64,000 nucleotides of DNA, taken from Alphaproteobacteria bacterium (lineage in GTDB: Bacteria > Pseudomonadota > Alphaproteobacteria > SP197). The notes beneath the pieces are model-generated. The model was given only the letters and a program-made list of their open reading frames with translations, did no database searches and had not been told where the DNA came from. Positions within the stretch are counted from its first letter, which is position 1, and each line of letters begins with the position of its first letter. This document shows, one piece after another, positions 10,583-21,398 of the stretch. Where the stretch lies: the NCBI GenBank assembly GCA_964291265.2, contig OZ219747.1, positions 2,240,001 to 2,304,000 on the forward strand, given 5' to 3'. Made by a program: the position numbers and the translations under genes.

Positions 10583-10644
10583 GGGTGGATGATCCGAAGC
10601 GGGAATGTTGCCACCAAACCACGAACCGCACACGGAATCGACCG

Positions 10645-11304
10645 GTGAAGGATCCCGGGCGTCGCCTTGCCGCCGAGTTCATCGGCACGGCCTTCCTTCT
10701 GGCGACCGTCGTCGGATCGGGCATCATGGCGGAGACGCTGTCGCCGGACAATGTCGGCGTTGCGCTTGCCGGAAACACCCTGGCGACGGCGGCCATGCTG
10801 GTCGTCCTGATTCTGGTCTATGGCCCCGTTTCGGGCGCCCACTTCAATCCGGCGGTCACCCTGGCCTTCGCCCTCAAGCGGGACATCACGGTGGGCGAGG
10901 CGGCGGGCTATGTCGTCGTCCAGGTGGCCGGCGCCCTTGCCGGCGCCATGCTCGCCCATGTCATGTTCGACCAGCCGCTTCTCCTTGCTTCGCAGCAGGA
11001 GCGCACGGGCCTGGGCCAGTGGACAGGAGAACTGGTGGCCACGTTCTCCCTGGTGGCCGCCATACTCGGCTGTCTGAAGTGGCGTCCGGATGCGGTGCCC
11101 TGGGCCGTTGGCCTGGCGATCGCCGGCGGATACTGGTACACCTCCTCGACCTCCTTCGCCAACCCGGCCGTCACCATGGCCCGCAGCCTGACGGACACCT
11201 TCTCCGGAATCCTTCCGGCCCACGCGCCGGCATTCATCGCGGCGCAGTGCGCCGGTGCCACCGCCGCCGTCCTGCTGATGGGCTGGCTCCTGCGGCGGAC
11301 GTGA
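10645..11304 (+). CDS. MIP/aquaporin family channel (AqpS-like)
   Basis: SGAHFNPAVT and SFANPAVT NPA motifs; about six hydrophobic segments. Confidence 0.9.
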   Translation: MKDPGRRLAAEFIGTAFLLATVVGSGIMAETLSPDNVGVALAGNTLATAAMLVVLILVYGPVSGAHFNPAVTLAFALKRDITVGEAAGYVVVQVAGALAGAMLAHVMFDQPLLLASQQERTGLGQWTGELVATFSLVAAILGCLKWRPDAVPWAVGLAIAGGYWYTSSTSFANPAVTMARSLTDTFSGILPAHAPAFIAAQCAGATAAVLLMGWLLRRT

Positions 11305-11322
11305 ACCAGAGGAGAATGCAGC

Positions 11323-13707
11323 ATGCGGTTCGCCATGGGCCAGCCCAACCCGAGAACCGAGGATCCTCGCCTCGTGACGGGTGGTGGACGCTATGCTGAT
11401 GACGTGAATCTCGATGGCCAGTTGTGGGGTGCGGTGCTGCGTTCACCCCATGCGCACGCTGCCATCGCCGGCATCGACTGTCGTGACGCCCGCTCCGTGC
11501 CCGGTGTGCGCCTTGTCCTGACCGCCGCCGACCTCGAGGCCGAGGGAATCGGTTCCCTGCCGTTCACCGGCGCCGTCACCAATCGGGACGGATCTCCCAT
11601 CGCGGCCATTCCGCACCCGGTTCTGGCAACCGGCAGGGTACGGCATGTCGGCGAACCGGTGGTTTTCGTGGTCGCGGAGTCGCGCGATGCGGCCCGTGAT
11701 GCATGTGAAGAAGTCCAGGTGGACTACCATCCGCTCGATGCCGTGACCGGCACCGCCGAGGCCCTTGGCGACGATGCGCCGCAACTGTGGAAGGAAGCGC
11801 CGGGCAACGTGGTGCTGGACTGGGAGGTGGGCGACTCCCGGGCGGCCCGCAGCGCCTTCGCTGCGGCGGACCGTGTGGTCGAACTCGAGGTGGTCAACAA
11901 TCGTGTGGTCGTCGCACCCCTGGAGCCGCGCGCCGCGATCGGCGACTACGAACCCGAGAGCGGACGCTTCGTCCTCCATACCTGTTCCCAGGGGACCCAC
12001 AAGCTCGCTGCCCCCCTGGCCAGGGACGTTCTCAAGGTGTCGGGAGACCGACTTCGCGTGCTGACGGGAGATGTCGGCGGCGCCTTCGGCATGAAGAACT
12101 TCCTGTTTCACGAGCATGTCCTCGTGCTGGTTGCGGCGCGGCGACTGCAGCGCCCGGTCAAGTGGACGGCGGATCGCAGCGAGAGCTTTGTCAGCGACCT
12201 GCAGGGCCGTGACCGTGTCATGAAGGGGCGGATGGCCTTCGACAGCGCCTGCCGGATCGTTGCCCTGGAGGTCGACGTCATGGCCAATTTCGGTGCCTAC
12301 GTTTCGCAGTTCATGCCGTTCGTGGCCACTCGGGCCGCCACCGCAATCCAGTCCATGGCCTACAGGATTCCGGCGATTCACACCCGGGTGCGCGGGGTGA
12401 TGACCAACACCGTGCCGATCGATGCCTACCGTGGGGCGGGGCGCCCGGAAACCGGGTTCATGGTCGAACGCCTGCTCGACCTCGCGGCGCGTCGTTTCGG
12501 ACTTTCCGGGAGCGCCATCCGCCGTCTCAATCACGTGCGCAAGGAGGACTTTCCCTGGGACACCGGTGTCGGTGTCATCTACGACTGCGGCGAATTCGCC
12601 AGCCATCTTGACCGGGCGCTCGACCATGCCGATGTCGTCGGTTTCCCGGCTCGCCGCGAAGAGGCAGCCCGTCGCAGCATGTTGCGCGGTCTCGGTGTCA
12701 CGGGCGTCTTCGACCGCTGCGGCGGCATGGGGCCGGACATGGTGGACCTCGACATCGACAGCGAGGGACATGTGGTTGTCAGGGTGGGAACGCAGACAAA
12801 CGGACAGGGCCACGAGACGGTCTACACGCAGATCATCGCCGATCGACTCAAGGTCGATTCGTCACGCATCCGCATTCTCCAGGGGGACAACGAACTGGTG
12901 CCCTTCGGTTCGGGCAACGGTGGTTCCAACTTCATCGCCATAGCCGGCAGCGCCTGTTTCATCGCCGTCGGCCATGCCATCGACAAGGGGCGGCGCATCA
13001 CGGCGCACCTCCTGGAGACGGCGGTGGAGGACATTGTCTTCGAGGACGGTGTCTTTCGCATCGACGGCACCGACCGGACACTGACCTTCGAGGAGGTGGC
13101 AGCGGCCGCCGGTGATCCCGCCGGCGTGATCGAAGGAGAGGAACCGGGCTGGCGGGTGAGCGGCACCTACAGGGCTCCGGACGGACCGGCCTTCCCCAAT
13201 GGCACCCACATCTGCGAACTCGAGGTCGACCCCGAAACCGGAGTGACGGAACTCAAGCGCTATGTCGCCGTGGACGATGCCGGAGTCGTCATCAATCCTC
13301 TGCTGGTTGACGGCCAGATGCACGGTGGTGTGGCCCAGGGTATCGGTCAGGCCCTGGCCGAGGAGGCTCTCTATGATCCCGCATCGGGGCAGCTGCTCAC
13401 GGGTTCCTTCCTCGACTACCAGCTTCCCAGGGCAAGCGATCTCGTCATGATCGAAACCGATCGCATCGAGGTGCCGACAACACGCAATGTTCTCGGCGCC
13501 AAGGGTGTCGGCGAAACCGGGGCGATCGGTGGTCCCCCGGCCGTCATCAACGCGCTGGTGGACGCCCTGGCGCCCCTTGACATCGATCACATCGACATGC
13601 CGGCCACGCCGCTCAAGGTGTGGCGGGCGATCAGGAGTGCTTCCGCGACCGCCTGTCGCGGCCACGGAAGGGAACATGAGAACCACAACCGGGACAATCG
13701 CCGATGA
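11323..13707 (+). CDS. Xanthine dehydrogenase family molybdopterin-binding subunit (form II CoxL-like)
   Basis: VGGAFGMK, AYRGAGRPE, GQGHET, GQMHGGVAQGIGQA, GAKGVGE. Confidence 0.9.
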   Translation: MRFAMGQPNPRTEDPRLVTGGGRYADDVNLDGQLWGAVLRSPHAHAAIAGIDCRDARSVPGVRLVLTAADLEAEGIGSLPFTGAVTNRDGSPIAAIPHPVLATGRVRHVGEPVVFVVAESRDAARDACEEVQVDYHPLDAVTGTAEALGDDAPQLWKEAPGNVVLDWEVGDSRAARSAFAAADRVVELEVVNNRVVVAPLEPRAAIGDYEPESGRFVLHTCSQGTHKLAAPLARDVLKVSGDRLRVLTGDVGGAFGMKNFLFHEHVLVLVAARRLQRPVKWTADRSESFVSDLQGRDRVMKGRMAFDSACRIVALEVDVMANFGAYVSQFMPFVATRAATAIQSMAYRIPAIHTRVRGVMTNTVPIDAYRGAGRPETGFMVERLLDLAARRFGLSGSAIRRLNHVRKEDFPWDTGVGVIYDCGEFASHLDRALDHADVVGFPARREEAARRSMLRGLGVTGVFDRCGGMGPDMVDLDIDSEGHVVVRVGTQTNGQGHETVYTQIIADRLKVDSSRIRILQGDNELVPFGSGNGGSNFIAIAGSACFIAVGHAIDKGRRITAHLLETAVEDIVFEDGVFRIDGTDRTLTFEEVAAAAGDPAGVIEGEEPGWRVSGTYRAPDGPAFPNGTHICELEVDPETGVTELKRYVAVDDAGVVINPLLVDGQMHGGVAQGIGQALAEEALYDPASGQLLTGSFLDYQLPRASDLVMIETDRIEVPTTRNVLGAKGVGETGAIGGPPAVINALVDALAPLDIDHIDMPATPLKVWRAIRSASATACRGHGREHENHNRDNRR

Positions 13708-14867
13708 TTCCCTCGTCAGAGTTTGCCGGACGCCGGGCCCGGGCCCGGCAGGCGGTGCGAGAGGCGGGCCTTGCCGGCCTCCTCGTCTGTTCGCGCGGCG
13801 GTGGCACCACCGACCGCTACGCCGATGTCAAGTACCTCACCAACTTCTACACGCGGTTTCCCTATATTCCGGATGTGCCCGGCGAGTGGAGGGGAAGGGC
13901 CCACGCGTTCGTCGTCCTGCCGGCCGACGGTGAGCCCGTCCTCGTGGCCGATGACCGGCCGAACCGCGACTCGGACCTGGCGGTCGGCGATGTCACGGTG
14001 ACCGGTGACGTGACGGGCGCGGTCATCGCCGCAATGCGGAATGCCGGGCTTGCCGGGGGACGGGTCGGCGTCGCCGGGTCCGACACCCTGCCGTGGAGCC
14101 TCCACAGCGCCTTGGCAGAGGCCCTGCCGGAGGTCGCCTGGGTACCGGCGGACGACATTTTGGGTCGCCTGCGCATGGTGAAGTCCCCGAGCGAGATCGC
14201 GATGCTGCGTCGTGCTTCGCATATCGGCAGCCGGGCGACCGAGGCTATGCTGGAGAGGGCGGTGCCCGGGGTCACCCACGGCGAGGTGGTGGCCGCAGGG
14301 ATGGAGGTTCTCGTCATGGCCGGGGGCATTCTCTACAACGCGTTCATGTCCTCCGGGAAGGGCGGCAACGATCCGGTCACCGTGGCGAGCAGTTTTCCGA
14401 CCTGGGGATCCGACGACGTGCTGGAGGACGGCGACTGGTTTCATGTGGGGATTTCGGGCGCCGTTGACGGCTACTACTTCGATCATGCCCGCTCGAAGCC
14501 GGTCGGCCACGCCACCGCCGAACAGATCCGCGTCTTCGAGGCGCCGCTCCTCGCTGTCAGGGAGGCGATGGCAGGCATCCGTCCCGGCGTGACGGCCGCC
14601 GACATCGCCCGTGCCGGCCGCGAGAAACTCGAGAGCCTGGGTTTCGAACTCGAGGGTTCCTTCAAGGGATTCGGTCACGGTATCGGTCTTGGCTGGGATT
14701 CGCCGTGGCTGGTGGAAAGCGATCACACCCCCATCGAGGAGAACATGGTGCTGTGCGTCGAACGCAGCGTCCGTCACATGGGCTATGTCGGTGATTTCGA
14801 GGAGACCGTCGTGGTCACGAAAGGCGGCTGCGAACTCCTCACCGACGCCCGCGTACGCTGGTGGTAG
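13704..14867 (+). CDS. M24 family Xaa-Pro peptidase-like protein
   Basis: LRMVKSPSEI, GYYFD, GHGIGL, E/EET metal-site motifs; ATGA overlap with the upstream gene. Confidence 0.85.
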   Translation: MIPSSEFAGRRARARQAVREAGLAGLLVCSRGGGTTDRYADVKYLTNFYTRFPYIPDVPGEWRGRAHAFVVLPADGEPVLVADDRPNRDSDLAVGDVTVTGDVTGAVIAAMRNAGLAGGRVGVAGSDTLPWSLHSALAEALPEVAWVPADDILGRLRMVKSPSEIAMLRRASHIGSRATEAMLERAVPGVTHGEVVAAGMEVLVMAGGILYNAFMSSGKGGNDPVTVASSFPTWGSDDVLEDGDWFHVGISGAVDGYYFDHARSKPVGHATAEQIRVFEAPLLAVREAMAGIRPGVTAADIARAGREKLESLGFELEGSFKGFGHGIGLGWDSPWLVESDHTPIEENMVLCVERSVRHMGYVGDFEETVVVTKGGCELLTDARVRWW

Positions 14868-15624
14868 AGTTCCCTGTTCAAGCCCGTCTTGCCACTCGGG
14901 AACCACTTGCGGCCGACGCAGATCGAAGCGGGTGGGCATGGTTGAGGTCGCCAGGCCGAGCGGCGGCGCCTGCAACCGTTTGTTTGACAGCAATCTGGGA
15001 TCAAAGTTATTCAAATCCAGACGCTAACTCTTGATTGTGGCGCATCGTATTCTCGTGAGCTTAACAAGACGCTGACTGCACGCGACCTGACGGGACCCCA
15101 TTTCAGATTCTGACGTGAAGTCTTGACAAGGCCACGTCACGCCGCGTTCCCCAGGGTGAGGAATGTTCCGCATGGACAGGAGCGAAACCGGCCGATACGA
15201 ATCCATCGTCGTCAGCGGCGAGACGGTGCGGGCTTTCGTCCCGGCGCCCCTGCCGCCTGCGCCCGCCCTGGCCTGGCCATTCTGCAACCCCGTCTGGAGC
15301 GGGCCTTGCTTGCGCTTGGACGCCTGGACAGCCTGTCCACGCTGCTGCCCGACATCGGCCTCTTTCTCTACACATACGTGCGCAAGGAAGCGGTCCTCTC
15401 CTCCAGGATCGAAGGGACAAAGTCCTCGTTGTCCGATCTGTTGCTGTTCGAGATGGATGAAGTCCCCGGCGTTCCGTTCGACGATGTCGCGGAGGTCTCA
15501 AGCTACGTGGCAGCCCTGGAGCATGGGTGTAACTACCCAGGTACCTCGTCAGGTCTGAGTCTGTGTTGACGTTGGTTGCGTTGGGTGCGGTTTTGGTGTC
15601 GTCGGTTTGTTGATTCTGCGCGTC

Positions 15625-15653
15625 TTGACTTACTAGGCCGGTGAGCCTATGAG
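15625..15653 (+). promoter_or_regulatory. Putative sigma70 promoter of the MTase-tnpC unit (copy B)
   Basis: TTGACT-17 nt-TATGAG. Confidence 0.45.
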
Positions 15654-15681
15654 TTGCCCTCTGTCATGAGGGGAGCGGCCG

Positions 15682-16350
15682 TTGGGGTACTTCGGATCGA
15701 AGGCGACGCCGGGTTTGTGCCAGGCGCTGATTGCGATGATGCCGCCGCACTCTGTCTACATTGAGAGCCATCTGGGGGGCGGAGCGCTGATGAATCGCAA
15801 GCCTGCGTCTGTGCGCTCGATCGGGATTGACCGTGATGAGCGTGCGCTTGAGGCCTTTGAGTGCGCTTATCCGGTGGAGTTGGTGCACGGCTGTGCTCAC
15901 TCCTTCCTGGCTTCGTTCCCGTTTCTGGGTCCGGAGCTGGTCTACAGCGATCCGCCCTATCTGCACGCGACGCGGCGTTCGTTGCAGCGCTACCGCTTCG
16001 AGTACGAGGAGGCGGACCATGTTGCGCTCCTTGAACTGCTCAAGGGCCTGCCCTGTCAGGTGATGGTCTCGGGCCACCCGTCTGCGCTCTATGACGATCT
16101 TCTGGCGGGCTGGCGCCGGGTGGCGCTGCAGGTGACGACCCAGGCCCAGGTGCGGACCGAGGTGGTATGGTTCAACTTTGCTCCCGACCGGGTGCACTGG
16201 TCGCGCTACGCGGGGCGGAACTTCACCGCCCGCCAGTGCATCAAGCGCAAGGCGGCCAACTGGGGGCGGCGCTACGAGGCCATGCCGCCGGGGGAACGTC
16301 TGGCCGTGCTGGCGGCGATCATGGCCGTCGAGGCCGGGGAGGGTTCGTGA
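15682..16350 (+). CDS. Short Dam-like N6-adenine DNA methyltransferase, intact (222 aa)
   Basis: YFGSK, YIESHLGGGA, YSDPPY, VMVSG, RTEVVWFNF; GTGA overlap with tnpC. Confidence 0.9.
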   Translation: MGYFGSKATPGLCQALIAMMPPHSVYIESHLGGGALMNRKPASVRSIGIDRDERALEAFECAYPVELVHGCAHSFLASFPFLGPELVYSDPPYLHATRRSLQRYRFEYEEADHVALLELLKGLPCQVMVSGHPSALYDDLLAGWRRVALQVTTQAQVRTEVVWFNFAPDRVHWSRYAGRNFTARQCIKRKAANWGRRYEAMPPGERLAVLAAIMAVEAGEGS

Positions 16351-17737
16351 CCGTCTCGCGCTGGCGCGAGGACATCGCCGCCCAGGACGAGGCTTTCACG
16401 TGCCTTCAGGACCTGTTCAGTCCACACTCCTTCGCCGTGACTGCCGTCAAGGCCCTCCGGGATTGGGGCCAGGGGATGTTGCGCCTGAGTGAGGCGCTGG
16501 TCGGGGAGATCGAGGCGCTGGAGCGGGAGAACACCGGCTTGCGCGAACGGATTGATGCACTCGAGCGCAGCGCCGCGCTCGACAGCTCCACCAGCTCCAA
16601 GCCACCGGCCAGCGACGGTCCGAAGAAGAAGAGCGGAAACCGACAGAAGCGCACCCGGAGCCAGCGCGGCAAGTCCGACAGGCCCAGTGGCGGTCAGCGC
16701 GGCCACGAGGGAGTCACCCTGAAGCAGGCCGAGAACCCGGACCACGTCGTCGATCATGCTCCGTCTGCCTGTAAGGGCTGCGGCGCGCCGCTGTCGGATG
16801 ATGACCGTCACGCAGAACCCGTCTGTCGGCAGGTCTTCGACATGCCCGAGCCGTAGCCCCTCGAGGTCACCGAACATCGCGCCCATCGCTGTCTCTGCGC
16901 CGCCTGCGGCGCTGTGACAACAGCCGCCTTCCCGCACGGCGTGAGCGCCCCGGTCCAGTACGGGCCGCGCATCACCGCCTGGGTGACCTACCTGTTGCAC
17001 GCCCAGTTCATTCCCGAGAAGCGCGTCGCCGAGGTCATGAGCGACCTCTTCGCCGTCAGGATCTCAACCGCCACCATCGCCGCCATGGGCAGGCGCACCG
17101 CCCGGCGCTTCGAGAGCTTCCTCGATCATGTCGCAGAGATCATCCGCACCCAAGCACCGGTCAAACACCTCGACGAGACCGGCATCCGCATCAACGGCCA
17201 GACCCACTGGCTCCATGTGCTGTGCACCCCCTTGCTCACCATCCTGCGCATCGCCACCGGGCGCAAACACATCGACGAGACACTCAACGGCATCGTCATC
17301 CATGACGACTTGGTGTTGATGGCTGCATAGAACGGCGGGATTTCGGCGATTTGCCGCGCTTTGTCAGGGTCGTGTTTCTTCCCTGTTGTTAGGTCCTATT
17401 GTCACGTCCTGTTGTCGTGGTTTGAGTGTTCGGCTGGTTGTCTCCCCGAGCGCCGCCGTCTTTTCCTATTGTCGTTTTGGTCCGGTTCGGGTTCCGTCGA
17501 CCTCTGCTTCGGTCTTGGTGACGGTTGCCGGGAGGGTTCCGGTTCCGAGGCACTCGCGGGATCGTCTGTCTTCCCTGTGGGCGGGTCGCGTTGTCCGGTC
17601 CCGGGGCGGCGTTTTTGCCGCCGCCCCGGGTGGATGCTAGATCGGCATCAAGAGAAAGAGCGATGCGATGCCGGGCGGAGTTGTGACGCCCCCCGGCGCA
17701 GCACCCGGACGAGCCGGTCACGGGGGACCGAACTCCC

Positions 17738-18268
17738 GTGTATTGTCGAGCCATTTTGCGTCCGGGTCCACCCCCGCTCTCGAGACGGACGGTGTGCACG
17801 ACAGGACGACTGTTCAACTGCAGGCGGTGTCAGCGGCAGGTTGTTCTCTGCCGGTCGTGTGACCGGGGGCATGTGTATTGCTCCAAGGAGTGCAGGGAGC
17901 GGTCCCGGATCGAGCGGCGCCGCGCGTCGCGTCGTCGCTACCAGAGCACGCTGAAGGGCCGTGAGACGGGCCGTCACCGCCAGCGGCGTTACCGGCTCCG
18001 CAAGGCGGAGGAGGCGCGTGCGTTGAAGGCCAGGGCGGCGATGGTTGCCGAGATCATGGACACGCAGACGTCTGCTGTGGTGCTGCTTGGCGACGTTCCG
18101 GCGGTGTCTGGAGACGCCGGTTCTGAAGAAATCGTTACGGACCACCCTTCCCGACTGCTGCCGACCTCCCTACCTGCGGTTGTGAAGGCGCAAGAGCGAC
18201 GCGAATCGCCGCTTCGGTGCGCCCGGTGCGGACGGGTCGTGACGCATGTGGTGCTGAGGGACCTGTGA
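17738..18268 (+). CDS. Cys-rich, Arg-rich hypothetical protein upstream of istA (start uncertain)
   Basis: CxxC...CxxCDRGHVYCSxEC followed by a basic helix and a C-terminal CxxC; frame conserved in copy 2. Confidence 0.7.
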   Translation: MYCRAILRPGPPPLSRRTVCTTGRLFNCRRCQRQVVLCRSCDRGHVYCSKECRERSRIERRRASRRRYQSTLKGRETGRHRQRRYRLRKAEEARALKARAAMVAEIMDTQTSAVVLLGDVPAVSGDAGSEEIVTDHPSRLLPTSLPAVVKAQERRESPLRCARCGRVVTHVVLRDL

Positions 18269-18300
18269 TGCGGCGTTGAGGAACCAAAGGGAGGGAGTTC

Positions 18301-19794
18301 ATGGCGATCGACGAGGACACGCGGGCGACGATCGTGCGGCTGTCGCGGGCCGAGGGCTGGGCTGTGGGGACGATTGCCCGGCATCTCGGCGTGCACCACG
18401 GCACGGTGACGCGGGCGCTCAAGGCGTCGGGGCAGGAGCGGCGGCCGCGGGCCAAGCTCATCGACCCCTTCGTTGCCTTCCTCGGGGAGCGTCTTGAGGC
18501 GTCGCCGGACCTTCCGGCCAGCACGCTCTGGCGACAGGTCGTGGCCCTGGGCTACCGCGGCGGCGAGGATCACTTCCGTCACGACCTGCGCCGCCTCGGG
18601 CTGAGGCCGGTGAAGAGGCCCGAGCCGTCACTGCGGCTGAGCTTCCTTCCGGGCGAGCAGGCGCAGGTTGACTGGGCCGAGTTCGGGAAGGTCCGCATCG
18701 GCCGGGCGGAGCGCAGGCTCATGGGGCTTCTCGTCACCCTCAGCTACTCGCGCCAGACTGTCCTGAGCCTGTTCCACGACGCGCGGATGGCCAGCTTCCT
18801 GCAAGGCCATGTCGAGGCTTTCGCGGCATTCGGGGGTGTGCCGCGGAGGCTTCTGTACGACAACCTGAAGAGTGCCGTGGTGACGCGCCGCGGCAAGGCG
18901 GTCACCTATCATCCGATGCTGCTCGGCCTCGCGGCCCACTATGCCTTCGAACCGAGCGCCGCCTGGCCCAGGAGCCCGCAGGAGAAGGGCCGCGTGGAAC
19001 GCCGTGTGCGCTTCGCGCGCACCGGGTTCTTCGCCGGGCGCGACATCACGGTCCCGCTCGGCGAGCTCAACGCCGCAGTTCGGGAGTGGTGCTTCGGCGC
19101 CGCCGCGGAGCGGCCCTGGCCGGACGACGACAGTCTCCTGGTGCGGGACGCCTTCGCCCGGGAGAGGGAGCACCTGATCGTCCTTCCCGCCGATCCCTTC
19201 CCGCATCACGAGGTCCGCCCGGTGCGCATCGACAAGACCTGCCACGCCCGCTTCGACACCAACGACTACAGCGTTCCGGGTAGCTTCTCCAAGGCCCTGC
19301 TGACGCTGGTCGCCGACCGCGACGAGGTTCGCATCCTCGACGGCGCCGACGAGGTCGCGCGCCACCGACGCTCCTACGACAGGAAGCAGGCCGTCACCGA
19401 TCCGGAGCATGCCAGGGCGATCGCCGCGGGCAAGCGGCGGGCCCGCTCCATGAGCGTCCGCGACCGGGTCCTGCGCACCGTGCCGCGGGCCGAGGAGATG
19501 CTGGCGCGCGCCGGGACCAACGGGCGCAACGTGGCCTCCTGCGCCCGGATGCTGGAGACGCTTCTCAACGCGCACGGCGCCGACGCTCTCGACCGGGCTG
19601 TCGCCACGGCGCTGGAGCGCGGCTCGTGCCACCCCGAAACCGTGCGCGTCATCATCGAGGAGCGCCGCCGGGAGCAGGGCCTGCCGCCCCTCAGCATCGC
19701 CGACGACGGCCGCGGCGGCCGTGGCACGACGCCGCGGGGGACCGCTCTCGACGCCTACGACAGGCCCGAAGCCAGCGCCAGGAACAAGACATGA
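18301..19794 (+). CDS. istA: IS21-family transposase IstA
   Basis: N-terminal HTH, PGEQAQVDW, LSYSR, LYDNLKSAV, KGRVER, FDTNDYSVP. Confidence 0.93.
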   Translation: MAIDEDTRATIVRLSRAEGWAVGTIARHLGVHHGTVTRALKASGQERRPRAKLIDPFVAFLGERLEASPDLPASTLWRQVVALGYRGGEDHFRHDLRRLGLRPVKRPEPSLRLSFLPGEQAQVDWAEFGKVRIGRAERRLMGLLVTLSYSRQTVLSLFHDARMASFLQGHVEAFAAFGGVPRRLLYDNLKSAVVTRRGKAVTYHPMLLGLAAHYAFEPSAAWPRSPQEKGRVERRVRFARTGFFAGRDITVPLGELNAAVREWCFGAAAERPWPDDDSLLVRDAFAREREHLIVLPADPFPHHEVRPVRIDKTCHARFDTNDYSVPGSFSKALLTLVADRDEVRILDGADEVARHRRSYDRKQAVTDPEHARAIAAGKRRARSMSVRDRVLRTVPRAEEMLARAGTNGRNVASCARMLETLLNAHGADALDRAVATALERGSCHPETVRVIIEERRREQGLPPLSIADDGRGGRGTTPRGTALDAYDRPEASARNKT

Positions 19795-20492
19795 GCGAGC
19801 TCAGGGAGCGTGCCCGGGCGCTCGGCCTCCACGGGCTCGTCGAACGCTGGGACGAGGTCGCCGGGACCGCATGGATCGAGGAGGTGGTCAGCGGCGAGGA
19901 ACAGGCCCGCAGGGCCCGCAGCCACGAGCGCCGCCGCGCCGCGGCGCGGCTGCCCGCCTTCAAGCCCCTGGCGGACTTCGACTGGACATGGCCGCGCGAC
20001 ATCAGCCGGGCTCATGTCGAAGCGCTCCTCGGCCTCGGCTTCGTCGACCGTGCGGACAACGCCGTGCTCGTCGGCGGGCAGGGCACCGGAAAGACCATGA
20101 TCGCTGCCAACGTGGCTCACCAGGCCCTGCTGCACGGCCACACCGTCCGCTTCGAGAAGGCGCCGGAACTGCTCGAGGCACTCGCCGAGACCGTCTCGCG
20201 CAGCGAGCTGCGCCGCCGCCTCGCGATCCTCGCCAGGCCCCGCCTGCTCGTCCTCGACGAAATCGGCTACGTGACCCTCGAAAGCCACCATGCCGACATC
20301 CTCTACGCCATCGTCTCGCGGCGCTATCAGCGCCGCTCGACCATGGTCACGACAAGCCTCGCCTTCGCCCAGTGGGACCGCGTCTTCCCCAGCGCCTCCG
20401 GCATCGCCGGCACCGTCGACCGGCTCATGCACGACGCAACCCTCATCTCCATCGACAGCGACTCCTGGCGGCTCAGGCGTGAAACCCGATAA
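19791..20492 (+). CDS. istB: IS21-family ATPase IstB
   Basis: LADFDW, GGQGTGKT Walker A, LLVLDEIGY Walker B, DRLMH, SWR. Confidence 0.93.
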   Translation: MSELRERARALGLHGLVERWDEVAGTAWIEEVVSGEEQARRARSHERRRAAARLPAFKPLADFDWTWPRDISRAHVEALLGLGFVDRADNAVLVGGQGTGKTMIAANVAHQALLHGHTVRFEKAPELLEALAETVSRSELRRRLAILARPRLLVLDEIGYVTLESHHADILYAIVSRRYQRRSTMVTTSLAFAQWDRVFPSASGIAGTVDRLMHDATLISIDSDSWRLRRETR

Positions 20493-21372
20493 ACCCCGCC
20501 GCGTCGACTTCGACGCCGTCAAGCGCATGCCGTTCGAACGCATCGCCGCCGACTGGGGATACGTCCGCGACGAACAGGCCTCGACACGCGCCAACCCCGT
20601 CCTGTGCGCACCCGGCCTGCCGAAGCTCGTCACGAAGTGCCTCAACAACGGACACTGGGTCTACTTCAACACCCAGAACGATGAAGACAACGGAACCGTC
20701 ATCGACTTCATGCTCAACCGCGGACTGGCCTTCGCCGACATCTGCACCCGCTTCACAGCACCCGACGCCGCGCCACGCGACTTCCGCAGCCTCTGGGCCG
20801 CGGCAACGCCCGATGCGGCCCCGGACTGGCTCACCGGGCGCGGCATCCTCCCGGAGACCCTCGACACCTGCCGCCCCCTGGTCCGCCGCGACCACAACGG
20901 ACGCGTCCTCTTCGCCCATCGCAACAGGAAGCGAAAGCTCACCGGCTTCGAGATCGGTCCCCCCGACGGACCGAAACGCTTCGCCACCGGTGGAACCCGA
21001 AGCCTGTTCGCCGTCCGCGCCGGAACCGCCGCGGACCTCGAGGCCCTCGTCATCACCGAAAGCGCCGTCGACGCCCTCAGCCTGGCCCAGATCGACCAAT
21101 GTCCCCCCAGCCACGCCTTCCTCTCCACCGCCGGGGCACCCTCGCGAAGACAGCACGAACAGATCAGCCTCGCCGCAAGCAGCCTGCCCAACGTCAGGAC
21201 CATCGTCCTCGCCCAGGACCACGACGAGGCCGGAGAGCGACAGGCCGAAACCCTGCGCAAAAAGATGAAGCTCCCCTCCCACGTCTCGTTCCACAGACGC
21301 AGACCGCCGGAAAACGCCGACTGGAACGACGTCGTCAACGCCAGGACCAAAGAACCACAAGCGAGATCATGA
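20479..21372 (+). CDS. Toprim-domain primase-like protein (DUF3991/Toprim type)
   Basis: GTVIDF, WLTGRGI, GFE, VITESAVDALS, STAG, AQDHDEAG, DWND. Confidence 0.8.
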   Translation: MKPDKPRRVDFDAVKRMPFERIAADWGYVRDEQASTRANPVLCAPGLPKLVTKCLNNGHWVYFNTQNDEDNGTVIDFMLNRGLAFADICTRFTAPDAAPRDFRSLWAAATPDAAPDWLTGRGILPETLDTCRPLVRRDHNGRVLFAHRNRKRKLTGFEIGPPDGPKRFATGGTRSLFAVRAGTAADLEALVITESAVDALSLAQIDQCPPSHAFLSTAGAPSRRQHEQISLAASSLPNVRTIVLAQDHDEAGERQAETLRKKMKLPSHVSFHRRRPPENADWNDVVNARTKEPQARS

Positions 21373-21398
21373 CCACGTCCGTCACAAGGAGACCACTC

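Noticed and set aside
8870-10648. Long opposite-strand and alternate-frame ORFs (e.g. 8870-10648+, 11443-12813-, 45028-46671-)
   Set aside because: Shadow ORFs of GC-rich genes with no recognisable motifs
11323-13707. Bona fide aerobic CO dehydrogenase
   Set aside because: Active-site loop is AYRGAGR (form II), not AYxCSFR; no coxMS
15682-16350. Type II restriction-modification system
   Set aside because: No endonuclease gene beside either MTase copy; the neighbour is tnpC
16854-16856. Programmed readthrough of TAG in tnpC
   Set aside because: More simply a CAG->TAG nonsense change in a gene already disrupted by an insertion
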